From: Lama glama
Lineage: Eukaryota
DNA length: 64,000 bases
Direction: 5' to 3'
Assembly: GCA_028534125.1 (NCBI GenBank)
Contig: CM052818.1
Location: 24,988,001 to 25,052,000, forward strand
Positions 47,411 through 58,838 of this stretch are shown here, in pieces. The stretch's first letter is position 1. Each line of letters begins with the position of its first letter. Under the pieces are notes generated by a model. That model saw nothing but the letters and a program-made list of their open reading frames with translations. It did not search any database and had not been told where the DNA came from. The position numbers were made by a program, and so were the translations under genes.

Positions 47411-49819
47411 CTCCCTTAGTAAGTGTATAGCCAGGAGGGAACTCATTAAGACCAGCTCAAGTTGGGAAAAGGCATCAGCACTGAGTCTTCTAGAAAGTTG
47501 AACCTCCCGTGGAAAGTACCCTATGAGTGGGTGTGAGCCCCGCTGAGAAATAGGAACAAAGGTATCTGCTAAGGATATGGATGGGAGCAGACACGGGTCT
47601 TTATCTAGTGCAGAATTACAATCAGGTAAGTTTCTCCCGTCCTCATATTGTCCCCCACAGTGGGACAAGCCAGCGCAAGTCAGAGATAGCGTCCTGGAGA
47701 GCAGCAGAATGAAGAACACTGAAAGGGGGCAGTAGTTAAACACTGCCGATGCATTGACCCCTGAGCCCAGCAAGATCTGGGTTGGGTCCATGAGAGGCAG
47801 GAGCGACATCGGCCCCGCCAGGTGCCATGAGGTTAATCATTCTCTCCATCCAGCCAGGAGCCTTCAGTGCCTGGATCTGAAGGGAGAGCCACATCCTCTG
47901 GCCAGACTGACCGGAGTGTCTGCGTTTTGCCATGACCTAGGAGTCCTCTGGAACCGGAAGAAAGATCAGAGGGAGCGAGATCTTGACAAAAGGGTGGAGG
48001 GGACACCAAACCCAGCAGGTGACCCCCAGATAACACTACCGACTCAGATCCAAGCTCAGGCTTCTAAGAAGGAATTAGAAATGCGCTTGGTGGGAGGCTC
48101 ACGCAACGCTTAGTCTATTTGTTTCTAAACCACCAGGTTATTCTTAGGCACAGTGTTTCATAAGGTCCCCCAGATAAGCCAGTATTTGGAAGGCTCAAAA
48201 GGTGAGACACCCAAGCTTAGCAATAGGACTTGTGGAAAAAATTAGATCATCCATTGTTCTAATGCCTCAGAGGACCAACATCCTAAACGCTTTTGCTTTT
48301 TTGAGCTTTAGACAATTGCTGGGGGCATGGAGTGGAACAAGGAACCTCAAACTATGAAACAATGTGGAAAGCAGACGTGGTGTGAAAAATCGTAATCAAA
48401 AGATCTTTTTTTTATCTAAGTAGAAAGAGTGGTAAATCAGTAGACTTTTTGATAGATTATATACATAGATTATTCTTGGCATCTTAAATGTCTTTCCCTT
48501 TCCTCCTTTCTCTCAACTCCCCCAAATAGCCTCTGCTTGCTGAAAAAAAAACAAATCCAAAATGCCAATAAATCTTCACTCTGACTACCAAACTCCAACG
48601 TGCAGGCATTCTGTCACTGCTAGTTATTAAGCAATGTCTGTTTCCAAAATGTAATTTTTCCCCCTTTCCTCTTCCTTTCAAACTTCCCCCACCTTTCATA
48701 CTCCCAAATAGCTGAACATACCTATTAGGCAGGTCAGGGAGAGTTTTATCTGCATGTTCCACTGGAGCCTAGAAAGTGAGGTTAAGTGGCAAGAGCAAGG
48801 ACACAGAGACAGCCAGGGGTGGAGCAACAGCCTGGAGGCCCTATACCACCCAGGGCTCTGCCGGCCTCATTATTACACCACCTCTCAAAAACCCTTGCTG
48901 AGACTGGCTTCCTCCAGCTTTTACTGTCGCCATTAAAAATATTAATGGTCCAAGAACCCAGGAGCTCAACTAGTGCTTTCTTGAAATATCTCACTGCTGT
49001 TGAGGCACACCCAAGGTGAAGCATGATTACACTCACTGCCCATGGACCAAGCAAGACAGTAGAGCAACAGAATCCTACTTGTGAGACTAAAGGGATATTC
49101 AAAGGCACCTTCACTAGTCTGAGCTTTTCACCCACTTTACCGGCACTCCTCTGTTAACAAGGGGACCCTACTCCAATAGTACTCTGGTACCGGCATCCTC
49201 TTTACCAGAGGTGGAAATTATATCTGAGATGTTATGACATGTCTAAGTGCTGGCTTTTTCTTTCCCCCAGAAGGGCATTGGTGAATCGCTCCTTTATCGC
49301 ACCATCCCCTTGCGTTCTATGCTTTGCAACGACTCCTTTCACATTTAGGATGGGGGCCCAGTGGGAACTACCAAGGGCTATATTCAGAAGGATCATTTTG
49401 CTCCCATGAAGCCGAGCTATGTGGACTCTGAGGGTGACCCTGCCCTCAGGATGTTCAAAACCTAGCAGCCTCCCCCTAATAACATAGTCAGCTGTTGGTC
49501 TTCCTGATCAAGACCTTGCACTGAAAGAATCAGAGCTGCTGCCTGAACTTCATTAGTCAGAGCAGGATGGGGTGTGTGCCCCTGCCCACCCAGGCTTCCT
49601 ATTGAACCTATCAATACAGCAACATTAAACTGGATTTAGAGCACAAGTCTGGTGCTCTAAACCAACATTTGGACTATTCACCATGAGAAACTTGGGCCTA
49701 TAACTTTAAATTCTAACTTTAGTCATTTATCCTGAGAAGTTTCATACCAAAGCAAAAACTCCTCAAAGGTTGATTCTGGATGACATTTGCCTGAGTCTGT
49801 CTGACAACAGCACGCAGAG

Positions 49820-50040
49820 GAAGAACACCTGTTTTCTAATCTCATTTCCATCCATACCTGGCCATCTGAGCAAGACACAGGCCCTCTCTCTCTCAGCCTT
49901 CTTAGTTTCCGTATCTGGGGAAAGGTAATACTTTACACTTTACCTTTAAGTATTTCAACAATGAAATTAAGTAACACAAGCAGACACATGGTAAAATGTA
50001 AAGCACTGTGTTCAAGAGGGAGATGGTTGTTATTTCTTTG
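49820..50040 (+). mobile_element. MIR SINE
   Basis: cctgttttctaatctc...cttagtttccgtatctggggaaaggtaatac...aatgaaattaa...aaatgtaaagcactg. Confidence 0.7.
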
Positions 50041-50589
50041 TTCACTTGTGCTAGCTTCCTGCCCTGTGAAAACTGAAGGACTTCGGTCAGCCAGAGCCAA
50101 TGGCAACCAGAAGATTTTAATCATCACCAGTGTAGCCCAGCAGCTGTCCGTTTATAAGGATTCTCTGAAGCCTTGGTGTATTTCTTCTCTTTTCAATAAC
50201 AATAATATATTGTTACCTCTTCATGGTGTGTGTGCGTGCGTGCGTGCGTGTGTGTGTTCTTATCTAAACATTTCAATGCCACAGGAACCAACCTTTAAGG
50301 AATTTTTAAATGTGTTTCCTGTTTAGGATGTCTTTTTCTCAGATCTCCAGCATTTACTTAAAATCAAAGGCTGCCATGCAGCCTGCCGTAACCTAGACTC
50401 TTATTTAACCCCGTCTTGTGATGTTATGGGATACAAATGAACAGGAAGTGTTGACATGGCAACTGTTTGGAAAGCAGCCTGGGCTTGAAGCAGAGGCCTC
50501 CATTGCTCAGCCTAAAAATGGCCATGGCCTCTATATGTTAAAAATACGAAACAAACGAAGTCTAGAGATTCTTCCACAAGTAATTTGCA

Positions 50590-51555
50590 ATGGCAGAGAG
50601 AGAGAGGGAAAGAGAGAAGGAGAGGTGGATTAAAGAGATTTAAAAGAAACTTCAGGTCATAGTGATAGGTACCCCCTGATACAATTCTCATGAGAAGGAC
50701 ACTTTAGCCTCTGTGATATTCTTCCCCAAAACCCATAACCCCAGTCTGATCATAGAAAATATCAGACAAATCCAAACTGAGGGACTTCCTACAAAATGCC
50801 CGATCGGATTAAGACAAACAAGACAGCAACTCTCACAAGTCAGAGGAGTCTAAGGAATCGCAATGACTGAGTATATGGTGGTGCCCTGAATTGGATCCTG
50901 GAGCAGAAAAGGGGCGTTAAGGGAAAAACTGGCGAAATCGGAATAAGGCCTGTAGGTTAGTTAATAATAATGTCCCACTGGTAATCTCTTGGTTTTGACA
51001 AATATACCATCGATATGAAAGATGTTAACATTCAGGGAAATTGGGTGAAGGGTTCACAGGAACTCTCCACACTATGTTGGCAACTTCTCTGTAAATCTAC
51101 AATTATTCCAAAGTAAACAGTTTATTTTGAAAGGAGAGAAAGAAAGACTTCATAAACATATCAACCAAACTGTGGACTTGATTTGAAACTTGATCAAAGA
51201 AACCGTTGAAAAAATTTCGTCTAAAAGCCAACTGGAAATTTAAACACTGGATATTTGATTATATGAAGGAATTAATTACTAATTACTCTTAGGTGTGTTA
51301 ATGATATTATAGCTTTAGTTTTTAAAAGGAGTCTTATTTTTTAGAGACACAAACCAAAATATTTATAGACGAAATGATACAGTATCTTGAATTTGCTTCA
51401 AAAATAATACAGGAAGGGGAAAATGGTGGGGGAGTCAAAGTCATCAGGAAATAATTACTGAAAATGGGTGGTGGGTATATGGGAGTTAATTATTTTATTT
51501 TACCTTCTTCAGTATATTTGAAATTGTCCAGAACTTTTTAAAAAATTAATTTAAA
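50590..51555 (+). mobile_element. L1MC-type 3' UTRs (L1MC3/MD-like piece nested in an L1MC4-like piece)
   Basis: cctctgtgatattcttccccaaaacccataaccccagtct...atcagacaaatccaaactgagggac...ttggatcctggagcagaaaagg...gcaacttctctgtaaatcta; then ctggatatttgat...aaggaatt...aggtgtg...gaatttgcttcaaaataat. Confidence 0.88.
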
Positions 51556-53079
51556 AATCCAAAGGAGAAAAACCATAATTCCCCAAATTTTGATCACATA
51601 GCATCATCTCTGCTGCTATATTTGCCACCTTCCAGTTATTCTGATGCAGCTTCCCATTCTCACCAAACCCAGAAGCCAGCTTTGGGATCAGAGTTCTCTC
51701 CGGCCCACCCACTCACAGGAGCCTCTGAAACTGGCTCTGAGATGACCAGGACATCATCATCCAGCTGGGAAACCAACCCCAGGTGGAGTTATTCTAGGAC
51801 CCTGGTAGCCACAGGGGCCACCCGAGCCCAGCAGTGTAAAGAGGGTGCTTATTATGAATCTAAAGGCAGCCCCATCTCCTCAGCCAACTCCAGGAGCGGA
51901 AAGGTCCCTCCTCTCTCTCTTAGCGATGGTTTTGACGTTTTTGTTCCTTTCAGCCTCGAAGCAAATTGGATCTGAACGCAGATGAACAGGAAGAGAAGTG
52001 ACAACAAGTGAAGGCTTAGTTTTAATGCCGAGCTTTTTCTTCCTCCCCCAATGTAGAAGTCTTATTAAAGAAACAGCAGGATGCTGACAGGAAACGGCTT
52101 GTAAGCAGAAATAACACTTATTATAACAAGTCAGAACAGCAGGCAGATAGGTTTGTTTGTTTGTTAATTATATCTGATTTTATTTTCTAATGAATGCCTT
52201 CAGAAAGGGGAGAACCATTCTGACAGCTGTTTGAAACCAAATTTTAAATCCTCTTAGAAAGATGATACCAAGCAGGGGCAATCAGATTCCATGAAGCAAG
52301 AGGAGGTCTCCTCCAGCCCCTTTTGTCGATCAGATCTGTGATGTTTAATGATGTATAATCCTGTGAATGAGGATCTAAATTCCTGCTTTAATTGATGCCT
52401 GTGTCAATTGATACAGAAAAGTCTTTTGCTCACCTATGGGGAAGGCACTGATCGAGACATACACGAAATGCATACATAATTTGCTGGCATTTATAACAAG
52501 CAATCTATAGCTCTTTTTATGTATGATATCCCCAGAAAGAACAAAGTATGTTTGCCTTAGGGGAAAGTGTTAATTTTATCTAGATTAACTAACTAAATGC
52601 TTACACAATCATGAATCAGAAAGAAAGATACAACTTTTAAAAAGAGGACTCGAATGAGAAAGCAAAAAAACTATTTGGGGAGCAGGGCTGGGAGTAAATT
52701 AACTGGCAAGAGCGGTTTTAAATTGCCCTCAGGATGAATTATGCCTCCTACTTTTTTGTCAGCAATGAGTAATTACTAAAAGGAGGAAGCATAGTTCACA
52801 TTTTGGCATTTTTATCCAGAATTAAGGTTTCACATTATACATTCCCACTCTACGTGGCACTTCGTTGTGTAACTACAAGTATCTGCAAAACCAATCAAGG
52901 ATACCTCGGAGATCAGGTCTATGCAGACAGAGCAGTGTGAATCATTTAGACCAGACCAAAAATCCATGTGATGGATAAAATATAACGATTAAGGGAAAAA
53001 GCAGATTTTCATCTAGATAATCCAAAGCAACATCGCCGTCCCCAGAGGGATTGCCCTCTCTCCTTTTCCCTTGTCACTT

Positions 53080-53390
53080 CTCTTCACCTAGACCACCTCT
53101 GAAACTTTGCTTTGAATGATGCCTCCTCCAGGAAGCCCTCCCTGGTTAATTGACATGATCCCTTCATTTTGCTCCTCAGTGCCACAAGAAGCATGTCTGT
53201 ATTTTACATTTTGTCCTTAGTAGCTTGTTTTATATTATTATCAAAGTGTCCCTCTGCCTCTGTGTCTTTATATACCCCCTTACAGAGAAGTTCTTTAAGG
53301 ACCCCACTGTGTCTTCCACTTGCTCAATATTTCCCTAGAGTGCTCACCGTCAGCAAAGAGGACTCTCAGGAACATTGCCTATCTAATGTG
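53080..53390 (+). mobile_element. L2 3' fragment
   Basis: tgcctcctccaggaagccctccctg...ctcctcagtgccac...tatttccctagagtgctcac...actctcaggaacattg. Confidence 0.7.
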
Positions 53391-54540
53391 TAGAGCCAAA
53401 ATCAAATCAATGGCTTTGGCTTGGGCTTGGAGTCCCACCCAAAAGTTTGGAGGACAAAAAATATGAGATTACGCAAATAATTTTAATTAGATTCTTTTAA
53501 AACTTCTCTGAACCTGTCTCATTATTTGTTATGTAGTGATAACATGAAATTCCCATCCCTCGTCCCTACCATGATTTTTGTTTTAAACTGGCTATTCTTG
53601 TTTTTATTGAATTTAAGGTTCCTTCAGGCTTGGTAGAATTTTACTAATAAACTCAAAACCCAGCTTGTGGGCTAGATGCAAGGCTGTGTCAGCATAGATG
53701 CCAGCTCAGGATAGCAGTGCTTCCTTCTCAAAGGGACTGGCTTGGCCACATTCCGAAGTTAATGCAGCTTGGGGGAGTCTAGCCCAATAAAGGGGTCTGA
53801 ATTCCTACAGCCACTGACTGTGCAGTCCCTCTGGGGAGAAAGAAGGAAATGAAATGCTTTATCACATTCTCAAGTCCATGGAAATCTGGCAAACAACAGA
53901 CATGGTTAATTCAAGATGGGGATGAATTAAGACAGAGCAGGAGACTGGGAATGGATTTCCCAGGGATTGACATAAGATATTTTCTATTTGAAAAATTTTC
54001 AAAACCGAATTTCTTACCCTCTCTTTATTAGTATCCAAAGTATTCAGGAGCCTATCCTGAGGCTGTTTTAGCCAAGACATTTAGGTTTGCACTTAGGAAT
54101 GAGTGTGTGTTGGGATTTGGGACAGGAGGAGAAACTTGGTGTGAAGAAATACATCCCTTCTGCTCCTAAGAGCCAAGGAGAGCTATCCAATCTGCAACGG
54201 GTCTCCTTCCACTAGCACGTCACAAACCTCGGAGTTTTTAGGGAAACTAGTGGAAGAGGTCATGCTGATGATGAGGGGAAGCTGTAGGTAAATCAGCTCA
54301 GGTGTGGAGTTCGGAAAGCAATCAGGCTAAGAGTTGGAACAACTAAAATAAGTGCTAAGAGCAGGATGCTAGTTGACAGCACCAGGAATGCACCCCAACT
54401 GCCTCACTGTGATGACGATGGGGAGTGGGAGAAGCCCAGGAACGGGAAGCCAAGTGGTGGGAGCAGTCACCAAATGTCCAGTGACCAGGTTCTAATCACG
54501 TCTCCAGCATCCATCAACTGGGCCCTGACAGCACCTTGGT

Positions 54541-54721
54541 GGGCCTTTCCAGACCTGGGTTCCCACATCTGTAGAGTATGCAGGGCGAGCTCCATGGGTG
54601 TACACTGGGTTTAGCAATCTGCTGTCACCATCCTTATTCTTATTAACCTAAAATTCTTATTAACAAGAGACCTCAAATTTTCACCCCGTGCTGGGCCCCA
54701 CAAATTATGTAGCTGGTCCTG
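54541..54721 (-). mobile_element. hAT-Tip100 MITE (MER45A-like)
   Basis: Reverse complement caggaccagctacataatttgtggggcccagcacggggtgaaaatttgagg...gatggtgacagcagattgctaaacc. Confidence 0.75.
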
Positions 54722-55225
54722 AAAGTAAAAATGGGATATGAAGTACTTCTGGTTTAATTAATTAATTAACTTATTTTGTTTTAAGGTAACTATAGAATTA
54801 TCCTATGAAACCAGGGTGATGAGAGGATGAAAACCAGAATAAGACCACACTTTAAACACGCTTCTTTGGCAAATGGTGTGGTCTTGAATCAATAGGCTAC
54901 TCTAGCTAACTGGTAAGGTTAGCTGAACTCCTCCATGGGGGAGAACTGTCATAGCAATAAGATGCTGAGTTATGTACTAAACACAGAAATTCACACTGAA
55001 GGTATTTTAACCTTCTGACTCTCTTAATACCAGGAGATGCTCATTCTAAGCTCTATTGTTCAGTGTTCTCATTGAACAAGAAATACAACATAGAAAAGTG
55101 TATGGCTGTTTTGGTTTCTGGTGATTTTAGTTATGTCAAGATCATAGTAATATTCATAATAAAAAGCAAACATGTATTAAAGACTGAATATGAGTAAGAT
55201 CTTGTTAGATTCTGGGATTTCAGAC

Positions 55226-55299
55226 TTAGGGTTAGGATCCAAGTCAGGATTAAAGTTAGGGGTTGAGATTAGGGTTAGGGGTTGGGATTAGGGTTAAGG
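55226..55299 (+). repeat. Degenerate interstitial (TTAGGG)n-like tract
   Basis: ttagggttaggatccaagtcaggattaaagttaggggttgagattagggttaggggttgggattagggttaagg; 6-7 bp period with five exact TTAGGG. Confidence 0.8.
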
Positions 55300-56659
55300 C
55301 ACAGTACGTGACCTGGAAACATATTATACACAGAAACCTAGACAGACTATTCATGGAGTAATATACACATATGCGCACACACATACACACAATAGATAAA
55401 AAAGAAGAAAGTTTGGTTAAGAGCCAATGAGCCTCAGGGTCACAGAATACTGCAGGAGTTCAGGGGAGGGCAATCTCGGGAAGCAGGAAGGCAATCTAAA
55501 CATCACGATTCCCTTGGCGCCAAGAGGGTGGACCCCATGGTATCACCTGCAGTTGGTTCCTGTTCAAGTTTAGGAGTCATCATTGAGACAATGAATGTAT
55601 CGTGACACCATTTCCCAAGAGGCTCTGGCTAGTCCTGTGGAGACTCAGAGGTGAACAAGCTGAGGTTCTGGCCTCCGCACAGCTCTAATCCAAGTGAGTG
55701 AGAAACACAGACATGTGACTGAAGCCGTGCCAGGGCCACTAGCCCTGCCCCCTGCCAGCTGAGTGACAGGAGGACTTAGAGAAGATGAGTCAATAGAATT
55801 CTCTTTCAGTTATTGACGGAGACAGTTGGAAAATAAGAAAAGTATCAATCAGGGGAATTCAAAGAAGCAATCTTCCATCCGTGGGAGTGTACGAGAGAGT
55901 TGTGAGGTGAGAATGTGACTTCAGGTAGTTTTGCTCATTAGCTGGCTGCCTGGCAGTCCTGAGATCTTCTCTTTCCAATCCTATTTGCGCAGCGACAGTC
56001 ACAAAAAATAATGTTACTTGACTTTTCTAAAAGTAAAGAAACACACAGTATCATTTTGCTTCACTTTAAACAACTCGGATGTTTAAAATCCAAACAGATT
56101 ATAAATCACTGAGGAATCCTTGACTTTCTAAAATGTCTTACCACAAGATGGCCTTAAAAAGTAAATTCTCACAGCAGAGCATTTTAGGTACAAATTTGAC
56201 TTGCAGAGAAAGAATTTACACACCACGTCGAAGCAGCACATCTACTACACAAAGTCAGGTAGACCTGTAGTCGATCCAAGTCATAAAAAAGATATGAGGC
56301 AGTCATTCTTCACCAAGATTATTCAATTGAGAGATCTGGAAGAGCAATCTAAACAACAATCTTCCTGTCAGTGGCTATATTATTAGACTGCAGCTTTCCA
56401 GTTTCCTGTGTGTTGACAGGAAGCTGACCTCCTGAAGTAGAAAGAATAAGACAATGTAAACCCATGGGATCATTTCTTCAGCCCCATTAAATATTGGTCA
56501 GGGCCAGATTTGTCTACACACAGCTACCTCCACTGCAGTGAAAAGTGTGAAGTAACAGACTGGCTTGCAGGGATTTCCAGGAAACTTCTAGAATGGAGTA
56601 TTTAAATAGTGATTTGTGAGCACTTAGAAATTAAGACATGATCACTGGTTTATATTTTC

Positions 56660-57690
56660 TTGAGCAGCTGTACTAAATGATTGATGAAAAGACTCACATG
56701 AACCCTGGAGAGGGGGCCCTAATGGTATATCACAGGGCTCTTTCCTGTTCAACATTTTATCAACGTCTGGAATAAACATTTGGAAAGCCTTGTTATCAAG
56801 ATCATTAAGTATGCAAAGCTGGAAGGCTAACATATTAGGTAGCAGAATCTAGATTCAAAGAGTTTCAGTAGGATGGAAGGAAGAAACAAAACAAACAAAA
56901 TATAGTTTATAAGGGATACATATAAAATTTTACACTTAGGATTTTATATAAAGAAAAAAGCTGGCTTGATGGAAGGTCATGTGACAGAGAACTAGATGTT
57001 TTGGCTAGCCACAGGTTTTCTATGGCCCTTAATGAAATATAGATGTTAAAAACAACAAAAATCTAGTGGATTCTTGGCAGTTAATGTTTATTTTCTCCTT
57101 GATTATCAAAGATTCTTATTTTCTTTATTCTCTTCTGAACTTTGCCAAGTCTTCTACAGTGAGCATGTTATTTTTATGAACAGAAAAATACCCTACTCTT
57201 AGTATTTGAAAATATTTGAATGACTGTCTAAGGAAGTTGGAGCAGGCTATTCTGTGTAGTTTCAGAGGCTGAAACTAGGAAAAATGCCTAGTCTCCAGCT
57301 CACGGTGGAGCGAGTTCCTGTCCCTGGAGGTGTCCACATAAACACTGGCTAACTACAGAAATCACACAGCACAGTACAATGGTTAAAAGCTCTGGCTCTG
57401 CCAAGCTGGGTTCAAATCTTGATGCACCACTCATTACTCATACAACTTAGATAGATGTATTATTTTTCACTATTTCTCCAGCTACAAAAAATGCATGACG
57501 GTAACTATACTTACCCAGAGGGTTGCTAAGGATTCAATGAGTTCATCCATACCTATGTTCTCAAGACAGTAATTGGCCTCTGCTCAACAAATATGAGCTA
57601 CTATTATCTGTCAGGAGTGGTAAAGAAAGGATTTCTGCTTTGCTTGAAAAATTAAGTGATTACTAAGGACTCCCTCCATGTCCATGATCT
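56660..57690 (+). mobile_element. L3/CR1 LINE fossil (RT region), interrupted by an L1ME-like piece (~57085-57190) and a MIR (~57365-57610)
   Basis: 56703-56764 reads PWRGGPNGISQGSF/LFNILS (CR1 WR.VTSGVPQGSVLGP.LFNIFIN); gcaaagctggaagg...gattcaaagag...tataaaattttacacttagg; gagttcctgtccctggaggtgt. Confidence 0.8.
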
Positions 57691-58492
57691 TATTGCTCTA
57701 GGTGAGCAACCACCCCTCCTCAGGTGGTACTCTCATTACCTAAGCCTGAAGTTCTGAACAGAATCCTGCTAACAACAAAATTATTGCAGGAGAGGAAGTA
57801 TTCAAAGGAGGACACTGTCCAAAGGTTATGCAGAATCTCATAAGTCTCATCACCAATAACAGGAAGGAAGCCCAGCAGTGGCACTGGACATACAAACCAA
57901 ATTCATGATCAATGAGTTGATAAAGGACAGGGCACAGGTGAAATAGCCAGAAGAAGAGGAAGCCAAAGGAATTACAGAAAACGGAAGTCCATGTTCATTC
58001 ATTTATTCACTCATTCATCCATTCAACAAATGCATTTACCAAGTACCTACTACAAATGTGCTAGGCACCATGCTGGTTGTAAGCAGAAAATCAGGCCCAG
58101 TCCCTACCCTAATGGAATCCACAGTCAGTGGGAAACTTATTTAAGCCAAATAGTCATCTAAGTAAATATAAAATTACAGCCGTGCTCAGCATATGAAGGA
58201 GAAGTACCTAGGACTCTACAATAGAGGTTTGCCCTGGAGGTCAGGGAAGACAGCCCCAAGGAAGCCATGACTGAGCTGAGATTTGAAGAAAGGAAGGAAG
58301 TGGTAAGATGAAATGGGGGTGGGGAGAGCATTCTGGGAAGAAAGCAATTGATGGGAGGAAGCACAGCGAGTGACAGGAAGTGAAAGAAGGCCAGAGTGGC
58401 TGGTGTGCAGGAAGAAGCATGGTGAAGCACAGTTTGAGATAAAGCTGGAAAGAGGCAGAGCTTTGTGCTCATGTTAAGAATATTATATCCTA

Positions 58493-58660
58493 GCAGGAGG
58501 GTATAGCTCAGTGGTAGAGTGCATGCCTAGCATGCATGAGGTCGTGGGTTCAATCCCCAGCACCTCCACTGAAAAACAAAAACAAATAAGTAAACCTAAT
58601 TACTTCTCCCCACCAACAAAAATAGAAAATAATTTAAGAAAAAGAATAATTGAAAAAAAA
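58493..58660 (+). mobile_element. Camelid tRNA-Ala-derived SINE (vic-1-like), copy 1 of tandem pair
   Basis: ggagggtatagctcagtggtagagtgcatgcctagcatgcatgaggtcgtgggttcaatccccagcacctcca + aaacctaattacttctcccc + A-rich tail. Confidence 0.93.
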
Positions 58661-58674
58661 AATACCCTATCCTA

Positions 58675-58838
58675 GGGGAGAGAGTACAGCTTAGTGGTAG
58701 AGCGCATGCTTAGTGGTAGAGCGCATGCTTATCATGCACAAGGTCCTGGGTTCAATCCCTAAGATTCCATTAGAAATAAATAAATGAATAAATAAACCTA
58801 ATTACCTCCCCACCCACCTCAAAAAAAAAAGAAAAAAA
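58675..58838 (+). mobile_element. Camelid tRNA-Ala-derived SINE, copy 2, with a 19-bp internal tandem duplication
   Basis: ggggagagagtaca(gcttagtggtagagcgcat)x2 gctta...ggtcctgggttcaatccc + aaacctaattacctcccc + A tail. Confidence 0.93.

Noticed and set aside
47372..48113. Overlapping 145-aa and 119-aa ORFs with a perfect CAG|GTAAGT donor at ~47626
   Set aside because: No recognisable protein; the next acceptor is only ~35 nt away, too short for an intron; no coherent gene model.
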